Source: Octopus sinensis
Lineage: Eukaryota
DNA: 64,000 bases
NCBI RefSeq assembly: GCF_006345805.1
Contig: NC_043000.1
Coordinates: forward strand, 39,618,001 to 39,682,000
Reading direction: 5' to 3'
The translations under genes were made by a program, and so were the position numbers. Of the stretch, positions 1 through 12,329 are shown piece after piece; position 1 is the first letter of the stretch; each line of letters opens with the position of its first letter. The notes beneath the pieces are model-generated. The model was not told the origin of the DNA. It worked only from the letters and a program-made list of their open reading frames with translations, and ran no database searches.

Positions 1-273
1 CACTCTGATGTGAAGCTATCGTTTAGTCGATCCTATATATGTTCCCTCACAAGTACAAGTATCTCATAGATCAGGTGAGTTTGTAAACACAGCCGGACAC
101 TGTCTGTTGGCTGTCTGACTTTGATGGGGCAATGGTCCATACAGTATGTATCCTATATGTTGTTACTATGTTAGAGGTAGTGTCTGAGGGTATGATCTTA
201 CCTCATGATTCTGATAAGGAGGCCAAACATTTTGATGTCATTCTTTATCTGGTTCTCAGCATGTTCTCCATAG
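1..273 (-). mobile_element. Penelope-like retroelement fragment (GIY-YIG endonuclease), degenerate, runs off window edge
   Basis: Minus strand reads SGCVYKLT (frameshift) TCTCEGTYIGSTKR*LHIRV, the GIY-YIG signature of PLEs; cut at 274 by a mariner insertion. Confidence 0.75.
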
Positions 274-275
274 TA

Positions 276-1696
276 TTAGGTTGTCCGCAACATTCAGAGC
301 TTTTTAAAGCTAAATCTTTTAACACTTCATTGAACACACCTAAAACTTAAAACAGTGAAAACTTTGGCGTTGCTTGAAGTGGTAGTGCATCACTTCTTTA
401 TTCTTAATTAGAAATAGATTTATCTTTCATCCCAAGTAGCTTTTATTTATATTTGAAACGGACAACCCAAAATTTTATATTCGCGTTGAAATGCTTGGAG
501 AAACTGTAGCAAAGACTTGGAAAAACATTTATGAAGTTTATGGTGATGATCCTGTAGGTGAATCAACTATTCGAAGGTGGTTTGCAAAATTTAAAGCTGG
601 AGAGTTTAGCTTGGAAGAAGACAGTCGCAATGGATGAAGATCTTTTGAAGGCAAAAATTGAAGAAAACTTAAGTATCATGATTGAAAACTTGCAAAGGAA
701 TTGAAAGTTTCTAAAAGTATGGCTCAGAAATACTTAGGTGAATCTAGGATACATTCCTCGTTATAATGTATGGGTCCCTCACAAACTCTCAGATAAGAAT
801 TGCTTGGACTGGTATTCTATTTGCGATATGCTTTTGACACGGAGTGAAAGCATGTCTTTTTTGTTGAAGCAACTTGTGACTGGAGATGAAAAATGTGTAC
901 GAAAATGTAGTACGAAAGAGATCCTGGAGTTTGCCCAAGGATCCCCCAAAACAGCAAGCTGCAAAAGATAAGCTTTGTGTTTGGTCGAATCATAAAAGCA
1001 TTATTTATTATGAGCTTCTCCCACAGAACAAGACCATTAATTCTGATGTGTACTGTTGTCAGCTGGCTAATTTGAACCAAGAAACCAAAGAATTGAGGCT
1101 GGAAATTGCCAGCAGAAAAGTGGGTAGTATTCCAAGAAGATAATGCCTAACCATGTGTGTCTTTGGCTACCCGAATAAAGTTACATGATCTTGGCTGGGA
1201 TCTCTTAACCCATCTACCATAGTCTCCTGATATTTCGTCATCTGACTGCCACTTGTTTTTGTCTCTGAAGAACTCATTGCAAGGAAAACCATTGAACTAT
1301 TTAGATGCAGTCAAAATGCATCTAAACGTTTTTTCTTCAAATCCTGTCAAATGCCAGTGAACTGGTACCACATCAAGGCCGTATATTCCTGAAATGCCTG
1401 TCTACCAGCACACTACCTGTCTTCAGTTTTCACCATTTTGTACCCTTGTGTTATGAAATAAGCTTGTCTTTCAGCATATATTCTAAAATTTAAAATTTTC
1501 AGTGAAACTCACTGGGAGCTTAGGTTGGTGCACTGAATTCCTGTGAGTGGGTAGGGTTCAAAGGGTTAAATTGCCTGATAGAGGGACAAAAGTTATTAAT
1601 CATAACGGAAAATGTTTCATTGAATAAAATTTATTGAAAATTCTTAATATGCTTTTTGCATAGTAAAATACGCTGAGAACTTTCTGGACAACTTAA
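276..1696 (+). mobile_element. Mariner DNA transposon, full length but decayed, with an unrelated ~230-bp insert (~1335-1570)
   Basis: TA|ttaggttgtcc at 276 and ggacaacttaa|TA ending 1696 (imperfect TIRs, TA TSD). Broken frames give VYGDD.VGESTIRRWFAKFK, VWVPHKL, LVTGDEK, IIYYELL..NKTINSDVY and a degenerate SPD..SD..LF motif. Confidence 0.9.
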
Positions 1697-2149
1697 TAAT
1701 ATTTCTTTTACTTGTCGCCAGATCGATAGACATTCAGAGAAGGAAATTGAGTAAAACCACAATAAATAGGAGGGGGTCTGGCGATAGCCAAAACCTGATC
1801 AACTCCTTCCTGCATAGAAAATGCATCAAAGTACTGATTGTTAAGTCTCACTAGCCATTCATCTACTAGCTTTTGCAGCAGCAGCATCTGCCGTATGAGG
1901 AAGGGAGTCTCCCAGCCAAACGCTTCGTCTCAGTTCACCAATGCTAAGTACGGTGGTTTATTTCTTATTCAATACTTCTGAAATTGCTAAACCACAAAGT
2001 CTCTATCAATAATGCTTTCATACAGCATAAACCTAAATTGCATCTCATCTAGGCTTCGCTCTCTTTCTAATTAACTGGACTGTCTCTATCAATGGCTTTC
2101 ATAGCCCGGTCCATTCATCTGAAGTCTCTGCATTTATTTCTAAGTAAGA

Positions 2150-2445
2150 CGACTGCGTTTGTGTGGTCATATGCTACGTATGGATGGGGAGAGCCGTGTG
2201 AATAAGTGCCACAGCCTATCAGTGGAAGGAAGCCGTGGAAGAGGGAGACCCAGGAAGACATGGGATGAGATGGTGAAGCACGACCTTCGAATGTTAGGCC
2301 TCACAGAGACCTTTGGAGATATGCTGTGATTGAGAAGACCCGGCAAGTAAAGTGAGATCGCAACTGTGGCTGATTCCAGTGTCGCATAACCAGTTCGTTT
2401 AAAAGTAACCTTGGAAAATAGATACTAAACGATGATGATGATGTA
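2150..2445 (+). mobile_element. RTE-clade LINE 3' end (5'-truncated)
   Basis: CGHMLRMDGESRVNKC..VEGSRGRGRPRKTWDEMVKHDLRMLGL, then 3' UTR and (GAT)n tail. Confidence 0.8.
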
Positions 2446-2519
2446 AATCTACTTTACCCTTGAAACATTTTGACGATGATGCTGATATCTCAAGCATTGT
2501 TTAGGAGATCTTCCTGGAT

Positions 2520-3350
2520 AACCTTATTAATTAAATGGTGACAAGGCTGTATCCTAATATGCCCTACATCTTATGCACTTTAGAAGTAATTCCCGATGGA
2601 CAAGGGGCGTTCACAGTCTTCATATTCTTAACTGCTGCCAACAAGAATCACTGTACCCTCTCTTATGTTCACATTAGGACAGCTCTCTCGCATTCACAGC
2701 CATTCACATTTGCACTTTCACGCCTATCTCTTTTTACAATCAGTGAATACAAATCTGTAATTATCCATCTGCACACGCATCCCACAATTCCATTTCTGCA
2801 AACCAAAATACTTCATAATTTTCGTCCTCAAGCTGTAGAATATTAGCAAACCGTTTTTTTTTTTCTGTTTTTCCCCCTTGCTAAATAGAACTGTTTCGTA
2901 GCTTCTCTTCCACCTACCAGCTGTTCCCTTTATTCCAAATCTCCCAAGAAAGCCTCTTTACTGCTCAGTATTCATCCCTGTTCTACCATCGGGTCACCCT
3001 TCAGCTACAGATTTGTTCTCCACCTCTATATAGGTTGTCGAGTAAGAACTTCCATTCGCCTTCTACGTTATATATCTCTACTTCCTCCTATTTGTTAAAG
3101 GCTTTAACTAGTACATCTTCAACTGTTTTAAATATCCTTAAGTTTCTATGAGTTCCTCAGCCAGATTGGTTGAAATCTCTCATCTTCTAGTGCTAAATCT
3201 CACATCACTAACTGCCAACCTATGATGTGAAGTCTTCTTTACCAGGGAAGAACTGTGCATTCACAAGTATCTTCCTATGCTGTTTTCCAGTGAGAATGTA
3301 GCCAATCTGGCTTGTGTGTCACCAGGTTCATAGTTGATTAAAGGGGTGGT
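2520..3350 (-). mobile_element. RTE-clade LINE internal fragment (APE C-terminus to RT N-terminus)
   Basis: Minus strand SQIGYILTG..FFPGKE (SQIDYIL-like) and AVKNMKTVNAPCPSGIT (KAPGPSGIT-like), with stops and frameshifts. Confidence 0.72.
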
Positions 3351-3919
3351 AGGTCTCCCCGTGTTCTGAAGTTAAGGTTAACAAAAAAGGTGGGGTTGAG
3401 AATAAGGATCTCCTCCAAACTGTTTATTCTTAATTTTATGGAAATAATTTTAATCTGGACCTATGAAAACTTATCTCTGAAAAGTTTAATTTGAAGAAAC
3501 CATTATTCAGAAACTAACAAGGAATCATCTCGTGTGGGGCACTAAACAATAATTAGGCCTCATATTCTTCCTGGTAGTCTCTTCCGTTTTATACTTGGGG
3601 TCATTAACAACTGAATATAATTCTTGTGTATATAAAGGTCATAACTTACGTTATTGTATATCATATTTAATGAGTGAAGCATTGAAAAGATAACAATAAA
3701 TATGCTGTAATTACAGGATGCGATATTCAAGAAAGAATAATATATAGGGTTATCAGGAGGAGGAGATTTGGTATAGAGGTCCTTACGTCATGGAAAGAAA
3801 GAAGGTGGAGATTATAAAAACAAAATCTATAATTTTTGAAAATACTTTAATTTCCATTGAAAAAAGACAGGAATATTGAAAATATATAGCAAACAAGAAA
3901 CTACGTTTTCCCTTTCTTC

Positions 3920-4871
<952 letters not shown>

Positions 4872-5019
4872 CTGAAATTATAGAGAAACAAAAGTGAAAA
4901 ATGTAGAGGCTACTTAAAATAATGCAGATTTATTTCTATTGAGATAAACTGTAGAAACATACGTTTACCTAAACAACTCAACTAGATGCCAACAGCTCCA
5001 TAAAAATGTGCCAATCTCT

Positions 5020-5432
5020 CAAAGTAGATGGAACAAGTGGAAGTGTGACACCCAAGAATACATGAGAGGATAAAGACCAAGATACCTGGCACCTCACTAC
5101 ACTTAATATGAACCATACTCCACAGCATAAGAATTCAGACTCATCCCTCTGGTGGCTGAAAACACTTGTGTCCATTCTTCATAAAAGCGGACATGAAGTG
5201 CCATGTAAAAGTGCCACCACGTTAAAGCAACTTTGTGGTGCCATGTAAAAGCCCCACCCAAACATACTCTGTGCACTGTGAAGTGGGTGCCACTAGGAAA
5301 GGCATGCAGTTATAGAAACCATAAGAAATCAGACTGGAGTGTGATGCAACTCACCAGCTTGCCATCAATGCTCAAACCCTCCAACCCATTCCAGCATGGG
5401 TAACACATATTAAAAGATGATGATGAATTTAG
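5020..5432 (+). mobile_element. RTE-tail-like interspersed repeat
   Basis: KVDGTSG.. remnant, duplicated gtgccatgtaaaag motif, ccaacccattccagcatgg, (GAT)n tail. The same tail recurs near 9590 and 36610. Confidence 0.55.
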
Positions 5433-5874
5433 CATTTTGATTTATTAAAATTTACATCATAGAATCTTGTGTGAAGCTTCCATATTTGTAAACTACACTG
5501 ACACCTTCACATTGAATAGTGGACACTAACATTAGTCTTTCTCCAGAAATATATCTTGACATTGTTGTTTACACCCAGGTCAGTTCTGATTGAGCAGACA
5601 TGTGCTTATAGACATTCAATCCATGAAAAACCTGTCTTTTTCTATAACGTTGTAAATCTATGACTACATCATCCAATATAATCTTTAATATTCCTGACTG
5701 GAAGGGGAAATTGAAGAGAAATGTGCTGTTTTTTCTAGCAGGTCAAACGATGAGATGGATAGTAGCAAGACCTAAATTTTTTATAATAGATCAAACAAAA
5801 ATAAACACTGATGAATAAGAAAGGGCCAACTGAATTAGAAAAAAAATGTTTAACAACTTTCAATTCCATCTATG

Positions 5875-6170
5875 TGATTTCAAGTTCAGTCCCACAGAGC
5901 AGCACCTTGAGCGAGTGTCTTCTTAAATATCACCAGTGCATCTAAAACCATCTGAGTGGATTTGATAGACAGAAACTGAAAGAAGGTTGTCCTGTGTGTG
6001 TATGTGTCTTGATATCCATTAATATTTGTCAATGCACATCAACCTCAAGATATGGGCAGACACCGGAGAAATATTACCTTGCTTGGAAACTAGTTGGGTT
6101 GATAACAAGAAGGCCATCTGGCAGAAACACGTCTGCCTGAACCACGAAAGAATGGAAATGTAGTTTTTCT
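5875..6170 (+). mobile_element. SINE (5'-truncated, diverged)
   Basis: caagttcagtccca..gcaccttgagcgagtgtcttct..gagtggatttg..gacagaaactgaaagaag; same family as the copies at 7030 and 31560. Confidence 0.6.
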
Positions 6171-6470
6171 TAGCAGGTACTTGCTTTGCGCATCATCATC
6201 AAGATCGTTTTATCATCCAAATTTCTTTCCTTACATGAGTCAAATTCTTTTTCTGTACTATGCACTTAAAACAATGCGGAAAGACTCTTTTTAAACAAGC
6301 TAAAAAAAAAAGAAAGTTGTGAAATTGATGGAAATCCCCAATTTAGGAAAGTTGCTCCCAACTCCTTGCCCTTACAATAGTGATCACCATCACAATTCTT
6401 TTCCCCTCTTTTACTTTTGAATACAAAATTAAACATGAAATTTTCCTTTGTTTAAACTTTTTCCTTTCAA

Positions 6471-6608
6471 CACAAACAAAAGAAATCAATGAATCTGAAA
6501 GTAACAGTGGAACCATATTTACTCTGTATTTATGATTTTCTTAATCATAATTACAGATTAAATATAGTTCCACTATTTTTTTTAGACTCAATTATTCTTT
6601 CGTTTGTG
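6471..6608. repeat. Imperfect palindrome (arms 6471-6537 / 6543-6608, 5-nt spacer; weaker similarity out to ~6395/6675)
   Basis: Reverse complement of left arm aatcataaatacagagtaaatatggttccact.. aligns with right arm aatcataattacagattaaatatagttccact.. Confidence 0.88.
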
Positions 6609-7029
6609 GCAGATAAAGTCTGAAAAACAAGTTATGTTTCATTTGCAAATGAAACTGGGGAAGAGAATTGGGTTAACAAGCAGTTTCCTCACATAAAATA
6701 GTGAACGTAAATTGCCCCTAAAAAAATTAAAGCATTCTGTGATAGAAACCTGGAGTTGACAACAGTGACATCCTGGAATTTCATGCAAACAATGTATGTA
6801 ATTATAACTAATGTTTCCAATATATAAATGTAAATATATTTAATATGAAAACTGTACATGTATTTTATATATGATGGAAACAATCACGTTTGCAGGAAAC
6901 GATAGAGTTATTGATGCACGAAATTAGATTTATGAATAGTTATCCTTGGTCTCGAATTTTATTTCGTTATGGATGTTCATGCAGATGTGGAGTGAATAAA
7001 TCATCACGTCGTACAATTATGTCTGTGAG

Positions 7030-7140
7030 ATAAGAAGCTCACATTCCAACCACATGGTTCCAGGTTCAGTCCCATGGCATGATACCTTGGGCAAGTGTCT
7101 TCTACTATAGCCTCAGGCTGACCAAAGCCTTATGGGTGGA
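7030..7140 (+). mobile_element. SINE 5' fragment
   Basis: ataagaagctcacattccaaccacatggttccaggttcagtccca..accttgggcaagtgtcttctactatagcctc (B-box-like ggttcagtccc). Confidence 0.68.
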
Positions 7141-7204
7141 AGTGCTCTAGTATGCCATGTTCAAATGACAAACAATAAAAAATTAATCCTACATTGTCAC
7201 CTTC

Positions 7205-7350
7205 CTTCTTGATGAATATCCATCGCCTTTCGATATTTTGTCTATGGATGCTGTCATCGTTTGGATCAACAAAACTGAGTGAATCACTAACAATTTACCG
7301 GGTATACAAGTTGCTGAGACCCACACAGGAACACCCCAATCGAATATCAA
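7205..7350 (-). mobile_element. Merlin/IS1595(ISXO2)-like transposase remnant
   Basis: Minus strand GLSNLYTR*IVSDSLSFVDPNDDSIHRQNIERRW resembles the H.TVNHS.NFVDP..HTQNIE..W motif. Confidence 0.45.
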
Positions 7351-8289
7351 ATATGCTTCATGAAATACTTGTATATTACTGTTGTCACTTCCTGTTTCCA
7401 TCGTAAAATCCACTTTTTGAAGGTTAATGTGCCATATGAACATGATCAATGCCAGTGCCGCCTGCCCGGTCCCGTGCTGGTGGAATGTAAAAAGTACCAT
7501 TCGAAGGTGATCGATGCCAGTACCGCTTGACTGGCCCTCATGCCAGTGACACGTAAAAGGCACGCACTACACTCTTACTCTACTCGTTAATCCCGCCTCA
7601 CTTCTTTCTTTCTCTTTTCTCTCTCGATAATTTCATCTTTTATACTTTTCATGTTTTCTCTTTCATCTCTTCCTCTAAATATATGTTGCCAAATAAAAGT
7701 TTATATTCTATGATACGAACAAAAACAAAATCATCCATTTACTTTCATCCTTTTACGACAGTATACTACAATATGCCCAAGAACTGTAATGGTGTTCACT
7801 GTCTTAAAAGCGGGTGGAAATCCCATTTTCATAACTTTTGCATGAAAGATCTCCTCTCTCCATCGTTTTCAAATGCGTGGTGAAGATATTTTTTTTTAAA
7901 TCTCTTTAAAAACGAATAATATCTAGCTTATGTGGATGAGCTAATCCGACACTCAGCCTTATTTTCCAGCATCATTTTAAATCTACAAGTATGAGGAAAT
8001 AAAGTCGACGTGTATAAATTATCCATCACCTCCATTCAATTGTACTTTTCTTTTCACAACAAATTCCTACATAATCCTTATCTACACAATCTGAAACATA
8101 CTTTCAGGAAATTTAATTTCGAATTACCAATTTTTTAGAAAGTTATGAAGAAACAAATTACTAGTTGGTTGGGCACACCTCAATAGTAATACCAAGAAAC
8201 AATCAATAGATTACAATAAAGTACTGGTTTCCAAACATTTCAGTGGTTGGAGTGTATTTGAGAATGTTTCTCAAACCAACCTGGCATCA

Positions 8290-8548
8290 ACGGAGAGTGC
8301 AGAAGGTAGCTTCCATACCTGGAAATAGCAGACAAATAAATAATAGACATCTCGCTTTCATACCTAGAAATATCAACTAAATATCTCATAAATCATAGAA
8401 TATCTCTTTCGTAGATATAAATAGTAGCTAAATCTTGTACAAATTAAGGACATCTTTCATTCATAAAACAGAAACGACACAAAGAATCGAGGCGCCAAAA
8501 ACCGAAAGTCTCCAGAATTAAAAACATTGGCCATTTTCATTGTTTAAT
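8290..8548 (+). pseudogene. Decayed paralog of orphan ORF at 29060-28647
   Basis: LPYLEIADK*IIDISLSYLEIS.. QIKDIFHS* ..QRIEAPKTESLQN*KHW/..IFIV* aligns with the 28.6-kb ORF. The downstream non-coding sequence (to ~9310) also matches 23590-23200 (minus). Confidence 0.72.
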
Positions 8549-9529
8549 ACTTACGGAAATGCTTCATAAAGGATTGTGTTGTTATATATGTTTATGTGGC
8601 AGTTGAGAAATGTTTTATGAGTACGAATTTTAAGTATTATAAATGTATTATCAGTTGATTAAGAGAAATTCTGGCACAGGACACTCAACCAGATATCAAC
8701 ACCAAATTAGAAGCAGCTCCATTTCATATGTGTATCTCCCATCAGAAATATGTAAGGAAAGTAACTCTCTTTATATCCCTTGTATCCATGTTTTTGTATA
8801 TTGAAGCTAATAAATTTTACGTATGTATATTTATATTTGGTTGTATTGATCATACTATCTGACGTTGTAATACGTCGCTGCTTACTATCCTCTACCAGTT
8901 CTTTCTTAATTCGGGTATTCATTACTATCTTGACCCCAAATATTTTAAATAAACCGTGATATCCGCATATCATTCTCGCAGAGTAGTGTCTTAATTGGAC
9001 GTGTTTGTATTTACATGGGAACATAACTGTATAAATGAGACAATTCATAACAAAACAAACATTTTAATCCCCCGTCTGATGTGGGGTTAGGTTTGTAGCT
9101 TTTAGCTACAGTAACAATTAATTCATTCATTATGTCTCCATTTTTAGGTTTTTCTTTACAGTTGGTTGAATTTTCTTGACGCTAACTTTTTTACTTGCCT
9201 CTTTCAGCATGAAGCAATTTGGTTTACTGTCAAAATTCCTTCTATATGGTATTAAAAAAATCACTAATCAATAAGTTTGGATGTCTTCATACATGAAAAG
9301 AGATAAACACTTTTTAAGAAAAACTTTTCAACATTATATTTTACATCACTCTATCTACACATTCTTGAGATAACTTATGTCTGTGATATTTTTAATATCT
9401 ATAATTCCTCACGAATTTTGAAATTACTTTGCTAGCATTCTGAGTTGAAATTTTGAATTCTCTCGAATTTCACCGACATTTTGCACAATATTCATTCACG
9501 GTGTATGTAGAGTATTATTGGAAGCCATA

Positions 9530-9830
9530 CCACAGCAGAGAGTAGGGTTTGGCACAGTCGTCTGGTTTGTCGGCTCCTATCAAACAATCCAACCCATTCC
9601 AGCATGGAAAACAGATATTAAATAATGATGGAGATGAGGACGTGGAGGAGAAACAAGAGGGTGTTTTACGTAGCATTTGCAAACACACACATACAAGCGC
9701 GCACACCCCTTCCTCCCCCCACATGCATATGTAGTATTGTGTTTGAAGTTTTACTTTACGATGTTGCAAGGGTCAGACGAGTATATTGGGACAGAGGTTT
9801 CTGTAGTCAGGTTTCCTTTTTGCTGCCAAC
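9530..9830 (+). repeat. Block duplicated (direct orientation) at ~36565-36845
   Basis: gtttggcacagtcgtc..caatccaacccattccagca..gaggagaaacaagaggg..gtaagggtcaga..ttctgctgccaa shared in the same order. Confidence 0.8.
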
Positions 9831-9960
9831 TTCCAGGGACAAAGTGAGGGACACATATGCCAGGTTCTAGAGCTGTCTTGGGGTCATGATGGAACCTGAG
9901 GGTGGTTACTTTAAATAAACTGGTGTCTCCCAGCCATAATCTAGTTGATATTTTTTGGTC
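9830..9960 (+). mobile_element. maT/DD37D (Tc1-mariner) transposase C-terminal fragment
   Basis: SRDKVRDTYARF*SCLGVMMEPEGGYFK*; matches the copies at 32760 and 57640. Confidence 0.62.
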
Positions 9961-10640
9961 TTTTAATATACTTTTATTTTTGGATAGGAAGGGAGAAAAG
10001 AAGAAAGAAAGGAGGGAAAATGAAAGAATAGAAAGTAGGAAGGACGAAAGAAAGAAATAGAGGAGTAAGAAAAGAAAGAAAGAAAGAAAGAAAGAAGAGA
10101 GAATGAAAGAAAGAAAGTGAAGTGATTCCATAATATATTAACAGATGAGAGTGGGAGAGAGTGAGAGAAAAAATAGAGAAAGAAAGAGAGATGGAGAGAG
10201 AGAGAGAAAGAAAAAAGAAAGAAGGAAGGAAATAAAGAAAGAAAAAGGAAGGAAAGAAAGATAAGAATAGGAGGGAGGGAGAGAGAGAGAAAAAGAGAAA
10301 GCAAAGGAAAAAACAAAGAAAGAAAAAGAAAAGAAAGCGACAAGAAAAAGGAAAGAAGCAAGGAAGAAGGAAAGAAGAAGAAAAGAAAGAACGAAAACAA
10401 AAGAAGGAAATTAAGAAAGAATGAGAAACAAATGAAGAAAGAAAGAAAAATGAAAGAAAAAATAAAAGAGTGATTCTGTAAAAATGGATGAAATAAAAGA
10501 GGCGGAGGGAGAGAGAGAAAGGGAGAAGAGAGAGAGGGGGGATTAGAACAATAAATATTCAGTAGGGAGATAAAGAGAAAAAAGGCGGAGCGTTAATATA
10601 TAATGAGGTAAGAGAGAGAGAGAGAGAGATAGCAACATAG
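9960..10640. repeat. GA/AAAG-rich low-complexity tract
   Basis: Purine-rich simple repeats; overlapping F/L/S-rich ORFs are artefacts. Confidence 0.9.
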
Positions 10641-10679
10641 AGTAATAATAAAATAATAATAATGAAATTATTGTATACA

Positions 10680-12320
10680 GTGCTCAGGTGCACCACAACT
10701 TGTCAGAAAGTGTGTATAAAGTATACGCAGTAACGTACAAATGTCTGGAAAGCGAACAATGTATGAGTCAGATACATGCTTGTGTGTGTATGGAGGGGAG
10801 AAAACCAGGTGTAGTGTTGGCGAATCTCAGAAAGCATGGAAGTTTTGAAGGATGCAGTGCTCCGACAACTAACAACTGATTCCGGCAGTTTGTTCCATGC
10901 TTCAGCAACTCTCAGCGTGAAAAAATGTTTCCTAAAGTCACAGGAGCTGTGCTGTTTTCTGACTTTGTAAATATGTCCACGGGTGTTAGACGGGTGGAGT
11001 TTGAAAAGGTGCTCAGAGTTATTGTTTGTAAGATGGTTAATAATTTTATGGGTGTCTGCCAAGTCAGCTGCCAGACGTCGGAGTTTCAATGTGTCCATGC
11101 CCAGGGAAGTAAGGCGTTCAGAATATGGCAAATGCCTGATGGAGGGTATTCTTTTGGTTGCACGTCGCTGAACGGCTCCCAGACGATTAATATCCCTGGC
11201 AAGATAGGGGTTCCAGACCGGTGATGCAAAATTCCAGGTGAGGTCTTACCATAGCTATATAAAGCCGCAGATAGATAGCCGAAAATCGGCTCACAATAGA
11301 CTTGGTGAGTGATGCCAAGACACCCTCAGCCTTCTTGGCAATTTTAGCGATGTGTTTTGTCTAACGCAAATCGCTGTCGACAATAACACCCAGGTCACGT
11401 TCACACGAAGACTTTTTGAGATTAGTGTTGCGGAGGGAGTAAGTGGACGCTGGGTTTCTCCTCCCAAAATGCATGGTGGTACATTTGTCCACAGCCAGCT
11501 TGAGTTGCCTGTCCATGATCCACTGCTGCATTGTGTCCAGGTCTGCTTGCAATAGAGATCTATAGTGTACAGTATCTGACCTCTTTATTTTGAGGTACAG
11601 CTTGATGTCATCTGCATATTTCAGCACTGTAGCATTCTTTATGTTGGCATCTATGTCATTAACATATGCAACAAATAAAAGGGGACCAAGAACAGATCCC
11701 TGTGGTACACCAGATGTCATCTCATAGGGTGAAGAGTGCTGTCCTAGAACTGTGACAACCTCTTTTCGGCCGAAAATAAAGGACTTCAACCAGTTATAGA
11801 GTTCATCTCTTACGCCCAACGCAGAGAGTTTCACCACAAGTCTTTTGTGTGGCACAGAGTTAAAAGCCTTAGCAAAGTCCAGGTAAACAACATCCACCCA
11901 GGATCCGCGATCAGTGATTTGGGTAATGTCCTCAAGAAACTCGATGAGCAGGTGGAGTTAGGAATAAATCCAAATTGTGACGGCTGGATGAGGCTGTGAG
12001 ACTTCCAGAAGTTCCAAAGGGTTTCCCTGACACAGGATTCCATCAGTTTGGCGATGCAGCTAGTAAGACTAACGGAGCGATAGTTGACAGGCGATGTGCG
12101 GTCACCTTTTTTGAACAGAGGGATAACACTGGCAGTTTTCCACTGCTCTGGAGTAACACCATTGTCAAGACAGAATTGGAAGAATAGAGAAAGTTGGCTT
12201 AGAAGAAAGTACCCACCGCGTTTGAGAAGTAGGTATGTAACACCATCGAGACCAGGAGAGGCATAGTTGCGTTTATTCTTAAGGTGGCGTTGTAGCATTG
12301 CTGGTGTAAATTGCATAGTA
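10680..12320 (-). mobile_element. CR1-clade LINE, 5'-truncated (RT domain to 3' UTR), few frameshifts
   Basis: SPGLDG..WKTASVIPLFKKGDR..NYRSVSLTS, YLDFAKAF, GVPQGSVLGPLLF, YADD, ERDLGV, TRGH..FFTLRV..WNKLP. Confidence 0.93.
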
Positions 12321-12329
12321 GATATAGAG

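Noticed and set aside
8707-9048. 113-aa minus-strand ORF
   Set aside because: No recognisable motif; lies antisense to the putative 3' UTR of the decayed orphan-gene copy.
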